From: Oikopleura dioica
Lineage: Eukaryota > Animalia > Chordata
Direction of reading: 5' to 3'
DNA: 64,000 bases
NCBI GenBank assembly: GCA_907165135.1
Contig: OU015567.1
Coordinates: forward strand, 13,144,001-13,208,000
Both the position numbers and the translations under genes were made by a program. Positions within the stretch are counted from its first letter, which is position 1; the number at the start of each line of letters is the position of its first letter. Positions 24,901 to 38,027 of the stretch are shown here, piece by piece. The notes under the pieces were generated by a model. The model searched no databases. It saw nothing but the letters and a program-made list of their open reading frames with translations, and was not told where the DNA came from.

Positions 24901-27900
24901 ATCACATTCGTCGGGAGGACGTCAAAACGCTTCAGGAACAGTTTGACTTCATGCTCGCTGTTGGAGTTGGCCCAAGCGCTCGCGATGACGAGCTAAGGAT
25001 GCTTTCCACAAAGGGCCGATCAATTCACGTTAAGGAATACGATGGTTAGTTATTGTCGTCGGTTTTCTTCCTTGATTGCAATCTTTAGCACTTGCGGATC
25101 TCGTTGAGAATATTCTGCAATCTGTTGCTTCTCAATGCTCGGAGAAATCCTCAGGCTATACTAGAACATCGCAAAGCTCATCAAGAGAGGACCAGCCGAC
25201 AAGATCATATTCTCGAAAAATTAGTAGGCCAACTAATCGACCTCAGCTTCCTTCAAGTATAATAACTCCCTTTTTCTCCTGTTAACATATTTCAAGGAGG
25301 CGACAATGAAGAAAACAGATATTCTAGCTATCGATCTCCCCAATACCTAAAGCGTGGAAATCCTAAAATATCAGTCTATCTTCGATCGAATGAGTCCCGC
25401 AAGGTCGTCAGAGCCGGGTCAAGAGTGGAACTCAAATGTTCTGCGCACTCTTCGGTAATTTTTCAATTTCCATATTCATATAAGAAATTTTATAGATTCC
25501 ATCTTATGCACTCAATTGGTACAGAAACGGACAAGCAGCAATGCCCAAGGGAACTGCTGCTAATTCTAATGGTCTGCTCGTTATCAAGGACATTCAACCT
25601 AGCTCAGCTGGCACTTATACTTGGTAAGGGAGTTTATGTTGGATCCATTTCTTAATTTATTTTTAAAGCATCGGCGCGAATATTTATGCCCAAGACGAAG
25701 TATCCATCGAATTGGTGGTCATTGGAGGTAACTAAAGTCATTGCAAAAGAAGCATCGCCACCTTCATTAGTTCAATTTTAAACTATTTTATTTCAAAATT
25801 CAATTTTGTAAAAATCATCATCTCTGTACATTTCGCATATTAACTGATCGTCATCAACACTCGCAAAGTATGTACATTCATCATGTATGTATATTCTGCC
25901 CAGTCTCCTCTCTCTCTCGGAACTTTCATTTCTGCAAAATATTATTTGTATATTCTGACACCTGCCCATAATGCCACAAAAATAATAAATTGAAGCGAAT
26001 CCGATCTATTCATTTACGATCTCAAATGAACTATCAATTTGCGATTGAGCATTTAAAGGTCACCAGAAATGATAACATGGAAAATTTATAGATGCACCAG
26101 GTAGAAGTCCAGTTATTGTCCACAACGGGCACAATATTTCTAACAGAACAATGTCAATTCCTTCTTTCCCAACAAGCCAGAATTTCAAAATGAAATCAAG
26201 GAAGACTATGCTTTCTTTGCTAAGATAGACCTTGAAAACTTCAAGGCTTGAAAAAATTTCATTTCTATAATTCTTCAAAAGTCTCAACTGCAAAAGCCAG
26301 TTCCCGATTATCTGGAGTATCAACCAGCACGTGTTTTCGCACTCTCCTCGGGTGAGCATCAACCGTGCTGGTTTATTCGTATGCCGAGCTGTCACCAATC
26401 AGACAGATGTCAGCTTTGTCAGGTTTGTTTAGCAATCATTTTTCATGGAAACTGGATTTATGCGGTACTTGATTGAACTGACAGTTCAGTGAACTTTGTA
26501 AGGTTCAAATCTGTGCGTCTGAACTCCAATCGTGTTCTTTTTCTATTCTGTCATATTTATAAAGCTTTAATGATTATTTAGCTGGGCTAATATCAACAAG
26601 AAAATTGGTCCGATTGGGCCACAGAATGTGCAGATAATCGGTCCAGATAGTGCTCAAATCGGACAGCCGATAAATTTTGAGTGCAAGGCGACGGGTAATG
26701 GACTGAACTTTCGGTGGATGGACGGACAAAACAACAATATCTCAACAGACGCGCAGCTGTCTTTCTACCCAGAAAGTACGATCAATTTGACGTGTATTGT
26801 CAGCGACTTGGATGGACTGCAAACATCCAGAATCCACGAATTGACAGTTGGAGAGGCTCCATTTTTGAGGACATCGACCGAAGACAGCCTCTTGGAGTTC
26901 GTTGAAGGTTCAAAGTTGGAGAAAATATACTGTTTCTCGAAAGACGGGGACGTGTTCTGGCGAGTTTATCTAAACTCAACAGACGAGCTCCCACGAGAAA
27001 TCCAGTCTGACGAGGTTACTGTTGGCTACAGTCTATGGAAAGCTGTTCAATGCGGAGCGCGAAACGAGTTTGGAACGCGTCTCTCGAAAATTATTGAAAT
27101 TGCGAGTATTCCAAGCTCCAGCCTACCGCATAATGTGAGAATCGAACAGCCCGATCTTTATGCAAGAGTAGGGAGCAACTTGTCTATTACTTGCTCAGCG
27201 CTAGGAATTGACGTCAATTATCACTGGTCCAAAGATGATGTAGAATTGGAAGAAATTGGCGCTGAATTAGCTTTTGATGATTTGACAGACGAAGATTCTG
27301 GATCTTATAAATGCACAGCTTCTAATAAATATGGGAACGCGACGAGTTTACCAATAACTGTTCATATTGGAATCCTTCCGACTGTCAGCATCGACCCTTC
27401 TCCAGAAGATATCGCCACATTCCCAATCAACATAACTTGCAACGTCGAAAACGGCCTCCCAACCTGGATTTTCAAGAAAGATGGTGAAGAATGGGGTCAA
27501 GATCATCCCGTAGCGCTAATTGAGCTAGGTGAAATGGACGAGGCTACATGTTTCGGCTACAATGCTTTTGGCAATCAATTTGGCCCTTCTATTCCTTTGA
27601 AAGAAATTTCTCTTTTATACGAAGCAATTCAAGAAGCCGAAGCAAAGCTCAAAGCTGCTGAGTTTCAAAAAGCAGCAGAAGTACTCAGCATTCACGCGTC
27701 ATCTGAGTACGTCAGAGTAAATGAAAGCGTCACTGTCGTTTGTGAACTGGATAAATCAAATGCAACCGTGACATGGACACATTTTGCCGCAGAAAACAGT
27801 ATTAGAGTCATTGAAAATTCTGACGCGCTGCTTGAGCTTACTGATGTCAGACTTGAAGATACTGGAGTCTATTTCTGTTCAAGTGGAGGCAACAATAAGT

Positions 27901-29712
27901 CGGTGGAGATCTTTGTCTACGAAGAACCAGTCATTTTGGCGCAACTTGAAGTTGTTCAGATGAATCAAACGGAAGTGAATTTGGAATGCCAAGTTGAAAA
28001 AGGATCGGATTTAACTTTCACTTGGATAGCGAGTGAGGAGATACAGGAAGGGTTGACAAAAGAACGATTTCAAATGAATAATATATCATTGTTTTTCTAA
28101 TTATTTTCAGCCCTCGGAGATAACAAAAACCCAGATAAACTCTGCTCATGTCATATACGAAGGACAACAGCCGATTAACATCACGTGCATCGCAAAAAAT
28201 CCTGTCGGATTTGCTGAAAAAATCTTCCTCCTCGAACCTATGGATGTTTTGACCTTGGTAACGGAGCCCGCTGGCACTGTCTTCAAGGCTGGAGAAGGTG
28301 TTTCGTTCAGATGTGACTTGAGAAGTGAAGGCGATAATTTGACAAAATGGATCTTCAATAATAGAACACTCGAGCATGTAGGCAACATGCTAAAATTGGA
28401 GAATCTGGAGCCAGAAGATAGTGGAACATGGAAATGTGTAAATGGCGAATTCTCGTCTCAGACTCATATTTCTGTCCTCGCCGTGCCAACTGTTGCCATC
28501 GAGAAACTCAGCCAAGCGCGAGTAGACTCTGAACTAGAGATCACCTGTAAATCTGAGGGTAATCCTCCGCCGAAGGTTTTCCTCGAGGTTGGAAATTTCA
28601 AAGCAGAAGGACTGGGCGAAGTAAGCCTCTTAATTTCTGTCACAAGGAATGTCTGCTCGATACAGTCGACCTTATGTCACTTATTTTTTTGAGAAAAAAC
28701 AGTTTGTTCGTAGCACAAAAATAGACCTGGCATGGTAGCAAAATGCACAGCTAAAAATGCGATCGGCGGAACAGAGAGAGTTCTCGACCTCGATGTTGAA
28801 CCAGTCTGGGTTGATCCGGTCAAATCATCTGTTCCTTCAGGATCCCGACTGGAAATTCAGTGTCACGCAGGAGGAGCAAGAACTTGGCTAAGCCCTGTTG
28901 GGGAGGAAATTCCTTACCGTCCTCCGGCAGCATTTGATCCAGAAGACAGAGTTTTCAATAGAAATGGAACGCTGATTTTTAAGAAGATTTTCAAAGATGA
29001 TGCTGGAGAATATTCCTGCTTTAGTGGCGATGATTTTACGAAATCGACAGTGTCTGTTTTCACCCAGGTAACTGACAATTGGATTGCTCTTTTTTATATA
29101 ATCAGGCGATGGAATTCACGCATACTCCTTACTCCGTCGCTCGATTTTCCGTACCTCGAACTTGGTATGAATGCGTCGATATCAGCTTCAACATCAAGCC
29201 GCAATATTACGATGGAGTTTTGCTGCTAATAACCGGAAGCAACAATGTTGACTTTCTGCGACTTTTCATGAAAGGAGGCATAATTCATTTGGACTACGAT
29301 CTCGGGAGTGGTCGAGGAAAGACAGAAAGTCACATGATCAGAACTGGCGTTTGGAGCTCAATCAGGTGCTGCAATTTTATAATGGCAAAATAATTAATTG
29401 ATTTGAAGTCTTCGGCGATGCGACAGAGAAGCCACTTTGACAGTCAACGATGAGTCCTATCGAGCCCAGTCACGTGGACTCTTCCGAGGTTTCGATCACG
29501 ATCTTTATGGGTACTTGGGGAACGCAGATGGCGAACAGGGCTTTTATGGATGCATGAGCGATCTCAAAATTGATGGCGACGAGATTGACTTTGCGGCATT
29601 ATACTCTGAGGAACAGTTTGAAATGTTAATTTTTAGACTAAATAATATTCATTCAAAAGATAATAATATTTCAAACACAAACTAGGGTCTCACGACATGC
29701 TCTGGATTATAA
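18932..29712 (+). CDS. HSPG2: Perlecan-like basement-membrane proteoglycan with inserted VWA domain
   Basis: SG glycosaminoglycan sites (EGSGEEFSGDG), Thr-rich mucin, SEA-like region, 3 LDLa, Ig, 3 laminin-B domains with LE repeats, VWA (LDIVFLVDGSDS...FTDG), many Ig domains, one LamG; TAA 29710-12 followed by AATAAA. First (signal) exon not located. Confidence 0.88.
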
Positions 29713-29949
29713 AATAAACCAATCTATCTTACTGCTCAAAACTAGACAGATAAATGGTGTAAACCTGCAAAACAAAGCTTTATTTCTGTGGGAATTCTTC
29801 AGTCTGCAAAAAGTTCAAATATAATAAAGTGAACCCTGGTACGGTAATTCGACAGATTCTCTAATCTTTTATGAGAATTACGCACGTGGTCAGAGAACGG
29901 CGTTTTGAGAAATTAATAATGAAAAAGTGGATATTATAATTTTTTGGAA

Positions 29950-30624
29950 ATGAAGGTTTTTGCTCTTTTTGGATGCGCTGCTTTTGCTCAAGAAGTTTTC
30001 ACTACAGAAGCTGTTATCGAAACCACCACGGAGAATCCTGTGAGTATTTATTGATGCCTTTATTAAGAATTTTTCTTTTTTATTTCTTAGAAAAATAAAG
30101 TTCATAGGGTCTGATACGTGATAAGTCTTCATTTCACATTCATTAAAATCATTTTCACGACAATTTGTACTTTTTTGGGCACTTTTCGCCCTTTTATTGG
30201 AAATTTTTCTTATCCGAAAATCGTCTAAGATCAAAATCTCAAGAACAAACTACCTTCTTTCGACCGAACTAACATGCCAATTCGAACCTTTTCCACCATG
30301 ATCTGATCAAATCATTTTTCAAGTTCCCCCACGATCCTGTCGCTATGGAATTCTGCGCTAGCGGCTGCAAAGACACTGATTTTGAAGATCCTGCCGGACA
30401 CTGCTTGGACGGCTTCTATCCGTATCCTGATGAGTGCTCCAAGGTAAAAAATCCTTAATTCAAGTTCATGATCGTTAAATTCATTCTAGTACATCGTCTG
30501 CTGGGACCAAGGCCTTTTCGGAGATGGATTCGATTGTGCTGGTGGACTTGTGTGGAACCAGCGATATTTCATTTGCGACTGGCCCTACAATCTTCCAGAA
30601 GATCACCCATGCTTTAGTGCCTAA
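29950..30624 (+). CDS. Small secreted chitin-binding protein (CBM14/peritrophin-A)
   Basis: Signal peptide MKVFALFGCAAFA; HCLDGFYPYPDECSKYIVCWDQ...DCAGGLVWNQRYFICDWPYNLPEDHPC, the six-Cys ChtBD2 pattern. Confidence 0.8.
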
Positions 30625-31235
30625 CTTTCCTTCAAAGAAAGACTTTTATAATAAACATTCTCAAATAAATCCCTCCCAAGAGAGTTTTTTTAGTGGTCTT
30701 CAGTTTTTGATCTGACAGCATTTTGACGTACATTTTCCCAAGTTGAAAAAGTTCAAGCAGAATATAGACAGAGTCTGATTTTCTCCACAAATTCTAACAC
30801 GAAATCTACTGTGCATCTCGAACTTAATGAATAATTTCCAAAGCGATTAGAAGATAATTGCTCGATGAACGAGGAATGCTCATTCTTGCACCCCTGGTCG
30901 TCATCTGTGCTCATAAATACCCTCCTCCGAGGCGCCCTTTCGCCCTCTTCTTTTCAAGTTTTTTTCTGCAGCTCATTTTTCTTTTCCGAATCCTTCAATT
31001 TTAAACTAAATCTGAGTCGCTAAAAAAAAAGAAGAGAGATTTTTTGATATCTTCGAAAAGAGATTTAATATGAAGAGCAAAAATAATCGAAGACGATGAT
31101 TTATTTTATAATTCTTAGTTGTTTGTCTATGACAAGGTTCTACAAAAAGAGTAAAATCTTCAAATTTCATGAAAATTATTTGCCAAAATTGAACGTCTAA
31201 GGGCAAAAAAAGGCATCAGATGGAACCTGTAAAAG

Positions 31236-33524
31236 CTTATAGTATGGATTTGTGTAATCAACTTTATGTTCATGATCTACTTCATCAGACGAAAAATGTA
31301 CAGGCCGCCAGAAGTCTTTATTTTCTCCCTCTCCATTGCAGATTTCTTTATTGGGGCCACCATCATGCCAATAGGTAGGGCTTATCTCTCGACCGAAAGA
31401 GGGATGAGTAAATATATAACCCGCCAAAAATACAGTAAGAGGGTCAAATAGACACTAAAAAGATGGTTACCCACGTGACGTGTTCTTGCAAGCGGGTCTA
31501 TTTTTTTTTATAAAACAGGCGGTTTGCCATGAAAATATCCAAGAAATTAGAATCTAAAAATAATAACAAAACAAATATGTATAAATATATTCATGTGATT
31601 CGATAGAAAAAGACATGAAATAATGAAATCGAATTAGACTTCCTTGATTATTCTTAGACTCAATCTTGTGAAGAGACTTTCTTCGGTAATTGCTCGACCT
31701 TTAGGGCTATGGCGAGCATGTGAACTTGAAGTGCCCGTGCTACTCTGCCGAGTCTGGAACTCGCTTGACATCGTTTTCTGTACAGCTTCAATTCTTTCAA
31801 TTCTGCTAATAAGTTTCGACAGAAGCCTCGCATGTTTTTCACCACTTTCTCATCTCAAATACAGGTTCAGTCTACTTATAACTAGAGACTTAAACTTGAT
31901 TTGATCAATTTTAGAAGCTCAAATACTGCCACACGCTTTTTAATCACTATTTGGTGCAGGAAAGGTTTAATCAATATCAGAAAACATCAGAGAAGCTTAA
32001 AAATAAACTTGGTAATTCCTTAACAAAGTTCAATTGTCGTTGGAAGCTGGGCCTTTTTCATTCACGACGAAAAATCATACGAACCCGAAGTGGAAATTTC
32101 CGATTTTTCTTCTGGAGACGCAAATGCTACTAAAGAGTAAAGAATTTCGATCTCTTTGAAAAGTGAATGTTTTCAGACTTCAAAATCGTTACAGAGAACA
32201 ACTCGAATCAAGCGTCAATTCAAGAACGTCAAAAATGTATTCCATATGCGACTTGAAGATGGATCCAACTTTTGCCGTCTGGAGTTCGACCATATCATTT
32301 TACCTTCCTATACTTTTGAGAGGGATTAACCTTAAAATAGCCCTCGCTCCAAAAAATATAAGCATTATCCCCACTTTAGATCCTTTGCTGCACTTGCATA
32401 CTCTATCAAGCGGGTTCAAATGCTTTAAAACGGTAAGCCTCTTTTATAAAGGATTTTACTGCGTAGTCTATAAACTATACGAGTCAGTATTTAATCTCAT
32501 ATGACAAGGAAGAAAAGGATAAATCCATGAAACGTTTCTTTAGGTCGGGACACGTCTCATCTGATCAGCTGCGCGCTCTACAATCTAATAAGGAAATGGC
32601 TTATTTTTTTGCTGAAATAATGATTCATTTGATATTTATACAAAATATTTAAAAGACCCTAACTTTAGGTTCTGAAAGAAAACAAAGAATTACCATCAGC
32701 ATCCCATCATTATTATTCAATCATAAAATATTAAAAGCGAATTCGTTCTCTGACAAAAGATAAGCCAACAAACAGCACGAGATGTCACCGGCATATTCCC
32801 GTGAGTTCACAATTAGCGCAAAATAAACGGCTTTGATGCTCTGATCAGCAGTAATAATCTGCTGTCTCCTCGTTTTGATTCTTTTTTCAATTTAATCCGC
32901 CGTGTTCACCATTCTATTCGCGAAGTTCTGCATTGATCAGAAATAGCCGCTAATAATCAGAGTTCAGTGTACCGAACATTATCTGAGAGGATGAACGCGG
33001 CAAAAAGTCCATTAGCGAAGTCGCCCAGCGTCAAGAAATCACCATTTCCTCTGAACGACTGTGCTTCGAACGCAAGCACAGTAAATTCTGGCACACCGAT
33101 GGTTGCTCCTGATCCAGCTCAGACCCCAACTACCAGTGTAAAATACACTTCGTCGACTTCTGTGAATGCGACGAGACTATTGAGGTATTCTTCTTTGTCT
33201 TTTGAGGGGCTTTTAACGCGTCTAGGACTTGCTTGCTTGTCTGTATATCGTTCTTGGTTTGCTGGTTCCCATTTGCGTGTATAAACCCTCTGAAGAGCTA
33301 TTATCCGGGCTGGTTTACCGAGGAGGTCGGCCGAGTTCTCCAAGAGTTTTCAATCTGGCTTGGTTGGATCAACTCAGGATTTGGTTTCAATTAATCTTTC
33401 TCTTCAAATATCATTCTATGCAATAATGCTATAAGAATTCGATTTAGATATAAAACCATTCTAAGCGTTCAATCCAGTTATTTATTACTACGTGCTTGGA
33501 TCCAAGCGTCATTCAAAATCGTAA
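31236..33524 (+). CDS. Class A aminergic GPCR (dopamine D1/adrenergic-like); N-terminal exon not fixed
   Basis: TM2 SLSIADFFIG; TM3 LDIVFCTASILSILLISFDRS; TM5 SSTISFYLP; TM6 CWFPF; TM7 WLGWINS|AFNPVIY; stop 33522-24. Confidence 0.88.
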
Positions 33525-33815
33525 GCATTTGCCGAAAATGATCTTTGACGGGTCAATAATTGATTCAAGTGCATTTTTAAGCGATACGAAAAACACCTCA
33601 ATGCGACGGGTGATTTTGTCCCCGATGAATAGTGTTAGTGACAATGACATTCGGGTGCCTTCTTCTTCTGTTAAATAAATTATCAAGACACGCTAATCAT
33701 AAAATAATTCATCTTAGTTTCATGGTTTCAAGTTTTGTTATTTGCTACAGTTATTTTATTGAGCAAGAAAAGTAAAGAAGGGTGGAGAAATGAATCTAAG
33801 ACTTGTCGATTTTAT

Positions 33816-35395
33816 CTACTTTCGGTAGTATTCGCCGAAGGTTCGCCCGAAGTCTCGCGGTTGAAATTTTCTGAAGAAGTATTCACAAAGAAAATGATTA
33901 ATGATCAGACCCGTAGTTGGCGAAAGTAGAATCGCCAAAGTTCATCATTTGATTATTGTTGCCAAGCATCGAGATGATGTCTAAATGTTTGAAGCTCTAC
34001 CCTAGATATTAAAAAACCTACCCATAATCTGACCATCTTCAATTCCAAGAGCTTTCATCAGTGGAGCAGCATTGTCAACGAAGGTTTGAATCATTTTAGG
34101 AGCAACTTTAGCCAAAATCGCAAAGGTTTTGTCCGCTTGCAGAGCTTCAGAAACAAGTGATTGTTCTCTGGCAGATGGGATTTCGGAGCGAAGAAATTCA
34201 AAGACTGTGTCGTTGATCTTTTTAATATCCAAGTTTTGGATGATCTGGCTAATGGCACCAGATTGGACCATTGTGAACATTTGTGTCAAGGGATCCATAG
34301 CTGCTCCAGCCATCATTTCGTAGCCGCTGTTGTAGCTCGAGCCATAGCTGGAGTAATCAGCAGCAAAGGGAAGTTGCATCAATGGAGCAAGAAGATCAGA
34401 CATGTCTTGGATGAATCTGGTGCAGGCTTGCTCGTCGAAAAGGAGATGCTTGTTCACTCGGTAAGTAAACTCAATCATCTTGCCAACGCTAAGGAGGTTT
34501 TCTTGGCCTCTGAATTTTCGACAAAGTAAGTAAATAAATCATTAATTCTTTACCTGAAGCCTTCAAGAAGATCCTCAATCAAACCAACTGCAAGTGGTTT
34601 TACAAAGTTGATGTACATCTCAGCATCCTCCATAACAGCGCAAGACCGATCAATTTCATCATCGTAGAATGATGGAAGAGATTTTAAGGATGACATCTGA
34701 GGATTTGTATCCATGTTGCTAAGGATTTCCTCAACTGTTGCCCAACCAGCCGAAGATCGTTCAAAGATGGGACCCAATTTGAGCTAACGGTTAGAAAATT
34801 TAACGATCTCCAAATACCAGTAAGCTTACCAAATAATCTCTGTTGGCATCGACGAAGTGAAGGAGATTTTGAAGCTCTGCATTGGTTCTGAGGGCAATAA
34901 CAAATCTTGTACTGAAGTTTTAGACGACTTACCCAAGAGTCTCCAGAATTCTAACTGTCTGGCCAGAGCTAGCTTTGACGATTTTTCCGATATCAAACCC
35001 GGCCTCCATGACAGCAGTGACGATCCTGTTGCACCAATTCTTGTCAAAGTTTTCCATAAGGACTTATGAAATTATAATTCTATCAATAAAAGAACAAAAC
35101 CTTCAGTTATCTTCAAAAGATCAGTCAGAGAGAGTTCCGTGAATCTCCGATCGTCAAAGAGCTTCGAAATCGCGAATTCCGGCTGTTCCAGCATCTCAAA
35201 AACACCACGAACGTAGTTGAGAGCGATGTTAACTGGATCCTGGTCGTAATTATCAGCTTTGCAGTAAGAACTGAAGTCGAGCATGCCATTACCGAAGCTG
35301 CTCATGTAGTCGTCGAATCCATAATTGGAAGAGTCGAAGCTCAATTTTTGAGCTCCAACTAAAGAAGACGCCAAAAGCGCGCTATGAAGCTTCAT
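33816..35395 (-). CDS. Uncharacterised secreted, mainly alpha-helical protein, multi-exon
   Basis: Signal peptide MKLHSALLASSLVGA; four or more exons in compatible ORFs (35072-35395, about 34826-35050, 34550-34777, 34002-34478); 3' end approximate. Confidence 0.6.
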
Positions 35396-36204
35396 CTTTC
35401 TCTCTCTCTCTCTATCTCTTTTAATAATGGAAAAAAGCAGAAAGCACGGGGAGAGTGGAGGAACTCAGGCGTAACGATAATGTCAGAAGATTAACCAGAA
35501 TGTCATTCAGTTTATCCTAGCTATATTACACTCATGCTAAAGAACGTAAAAGATAGATATGTATTCTTTGAATAAATATATGATCTTATACCGGATTCAT
35601 AATTTGTTACGATCAGAATTCGCCGAAAACGATTAACAGCCTGTCACCACCAAATTTACGACGTTCTTTCAAGACACTTCCGGAATCTGTGTTCGCTTTA
35701 AAATGTTTTAAAACCTTGAATTAGTCATTTCAGTTCGTCCATGAGATAACCTCAAATTGCTTTCCGTGGAAAAAGCGGGTTCAAGGCTGGGTTCAGCTCC
35801 TATCTTCTTTTTTTCGAAGAAATAGAGAAACAATTGTTAATTGCAAAGTTAGTTTCGACAAAGCATTTTGATGAGACATAAATCTTCGTTCCATCAGATC
35901 AAAGTCGTGTCAAGTGAAGAGTTGACCCGAGAAGGTGTCGACCATTTCGGGTTAAGCCAAGGAGTGAACCCTGCTCGCTGTTGATCCAGTTACTATCATT
36001 CAGAGGAATATCCAACAGAAGATTCTGAAATTATTTTGCCAATCTATAACTAGAGAAAGCTCAAAAACAGAAGAGAATAAAAAAGAAAGGAAGAATTGAA
36101 ATCAAGGATGAGAATATTTTTGTCTGCGGCGTTATTTTTCTTCGTTCTGGCAGACAGAGATAGTGATAACAGTACAAGTAAGTTTATTTATGGATCGTTT
36201 AAAG

Positions 36205-36844
36205 CAGTGTTTGAAAAAAGAATGTGCGCGGGCTGCGAGCGGGCGAGCGGGGCGCGGGCGGGCGCGCTCGTCCATCCGACCACCTAAAATTTTGACAAAT
36301 TTTGCCCCTGCCCATCCGCCCGTCAAAAAATCAGGGCTCATACTGCTCGCACGCGCACGTACCGCTCATGCTCCCCGCTCGCCCGCCCTCCCCTCCCATG
36401 CTCGCCCCTTGCCCGTGAGTGCATGTGATCGGACCGGGTATTATCGAGTAAAATGGACTCATTTTACACAGAACAAGGACTTATTTTACATAAGATTGGG
36501 ACTTATTTTACACAGAAAAATAGAAAATCGTTTATGATCTGTGTAAAATAAGTCCGTATTCTATGTAAAATAGGTCCCTTTTCTGTGTAGAATACGTCCG
36601 TTTTTTCCAACTCTGTTTTGGTCGGTTTTGGTTTATTTTTACGTTTCTTTCGGTTGGTTTTCTTTGAGTAGAATTTAGCGCCCCGGGAGGGTGAGCGGGC
36701 GGGCGCGGGAGGGTGCCCGCGCACATCCGCCCATCCGAAAATCTGGCCTTTACATGCCCGCTCCCATCCGCCCTTCCAAAAAATCGGACCCTTCGCGCCC
36801 GCGCTCGTCCGACCATTCGATTCTCAGGCTTTTTTCAAACACTG
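36205..36844. mobile_element. 640-bp non-autonomous hAT-type element
   Basis: 8-bp TSD GTTTAAAG (36197-204 and 36845-52); TIR CAGTGTTTGAAAAA; GC-box-rich subterminal regions; central inverted array of GGACTTATTTTACACAGA-like repeats. Confidence 0.9.
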
Positions 36845-38027
36845 GTTTAAAGTTCGATTTGAAGAATTATATATTTTAAAATCATATTCAGAAATGTTCA
36901 TAAAGAAGAAAGATTCAGTTGACTTGAACTATCTTTTTTAATTTTTTTTTTCTCAATAAATGAAACACGGAACTAGTATTGTTTCGGATTTCCTTGATCG
37001 TGAATGTTTCCGTCTTTTTGAATTCCCGTCACGTTGTGGCACTCACTCGTGGCTGCTCTAGAATGTCGCCGATAAAATAATCTTTCGTAGCTATCCTTAT
37101 CAGTGACTGTTCACCAGAATGTAAAGAAACAAAAAAGGGGCAAAGGTCAAGAGGCAACCTTTTTATTCAAATGAGGAGATCTTCTATCGCCCTGGAAAAA
37201 AGGTTGAACCTTTGCGAACTTTTAGCTTCCTCGATTTTGCCAAAATTTTGACGGATGCGCGCGGCGAGATCAAGAAATAAAGTGTAGAGGCGATGAAAGT
37301 AAATCGAGGTTTTATAACGTGTCCAAAGTGACAAGCACGATTATGTAAATCACTGGCGAATCACACCATGTGTGTGGCGCGCAGCGGACAGAAGAATTAT
37401 TGACCCTTCAAATCTTTTCAAAGGAAATCAAAAGTACCCTTTGGGCGCTTTTTAAATGTCGGATTAATTACAAGGAAACCTTTCAAATCGGAAACTTCGG
37501 AAATGTTCTCTTTTCTGGAGACAAAGGGGATCACGTTTGAGGCCTTTGAGGATAATTTTATTCATTTTTTATTAGAAGTTTTGATTATTTTTGCGGTCAA
37601 TAAATAATTTTTGAGGACAAGCGCGGCGACGTACGGGGCGTCTAACTGGTGAAGCAAGACTACGGTAATTCATCAACAGAACAAGTTCATTGTTTAATTT
37701 GGACCTTGAGGTTTTTAGGCGACAGGTTAAAAAGTTGAAGAAAAGGGTTCAAGCGCAAGAAGATGCTTTTAAAATTGTCGTTGAAGGAAAAGATTCACTC
37801 ATTTTAAAGAAAAAAGGTCTAATGCAAGTTTTATAATTGCTAGAAAAATCTGATGAGATTTTAAAACAGCGAAACGTCACAATTAAAAAGGATTGAGTCA
37901 GTAATGCTCTTTGTGTCTTGAGTGATTCCCCAAAAAGATTTGGTCGCGGTGATCAACAGTCAAGCCGGTCAGATCAACGCCATTTGGAGGGACGTTGTTT
38001 GAACTCGCTTATTTGCAATCTAGGATA

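Noticed and set aside
36096-36879. Arg/Ala/Pro-rich ORFs on both strands
   Set aside because: Arise from GC-rich subterminal repeats of the hAT element.
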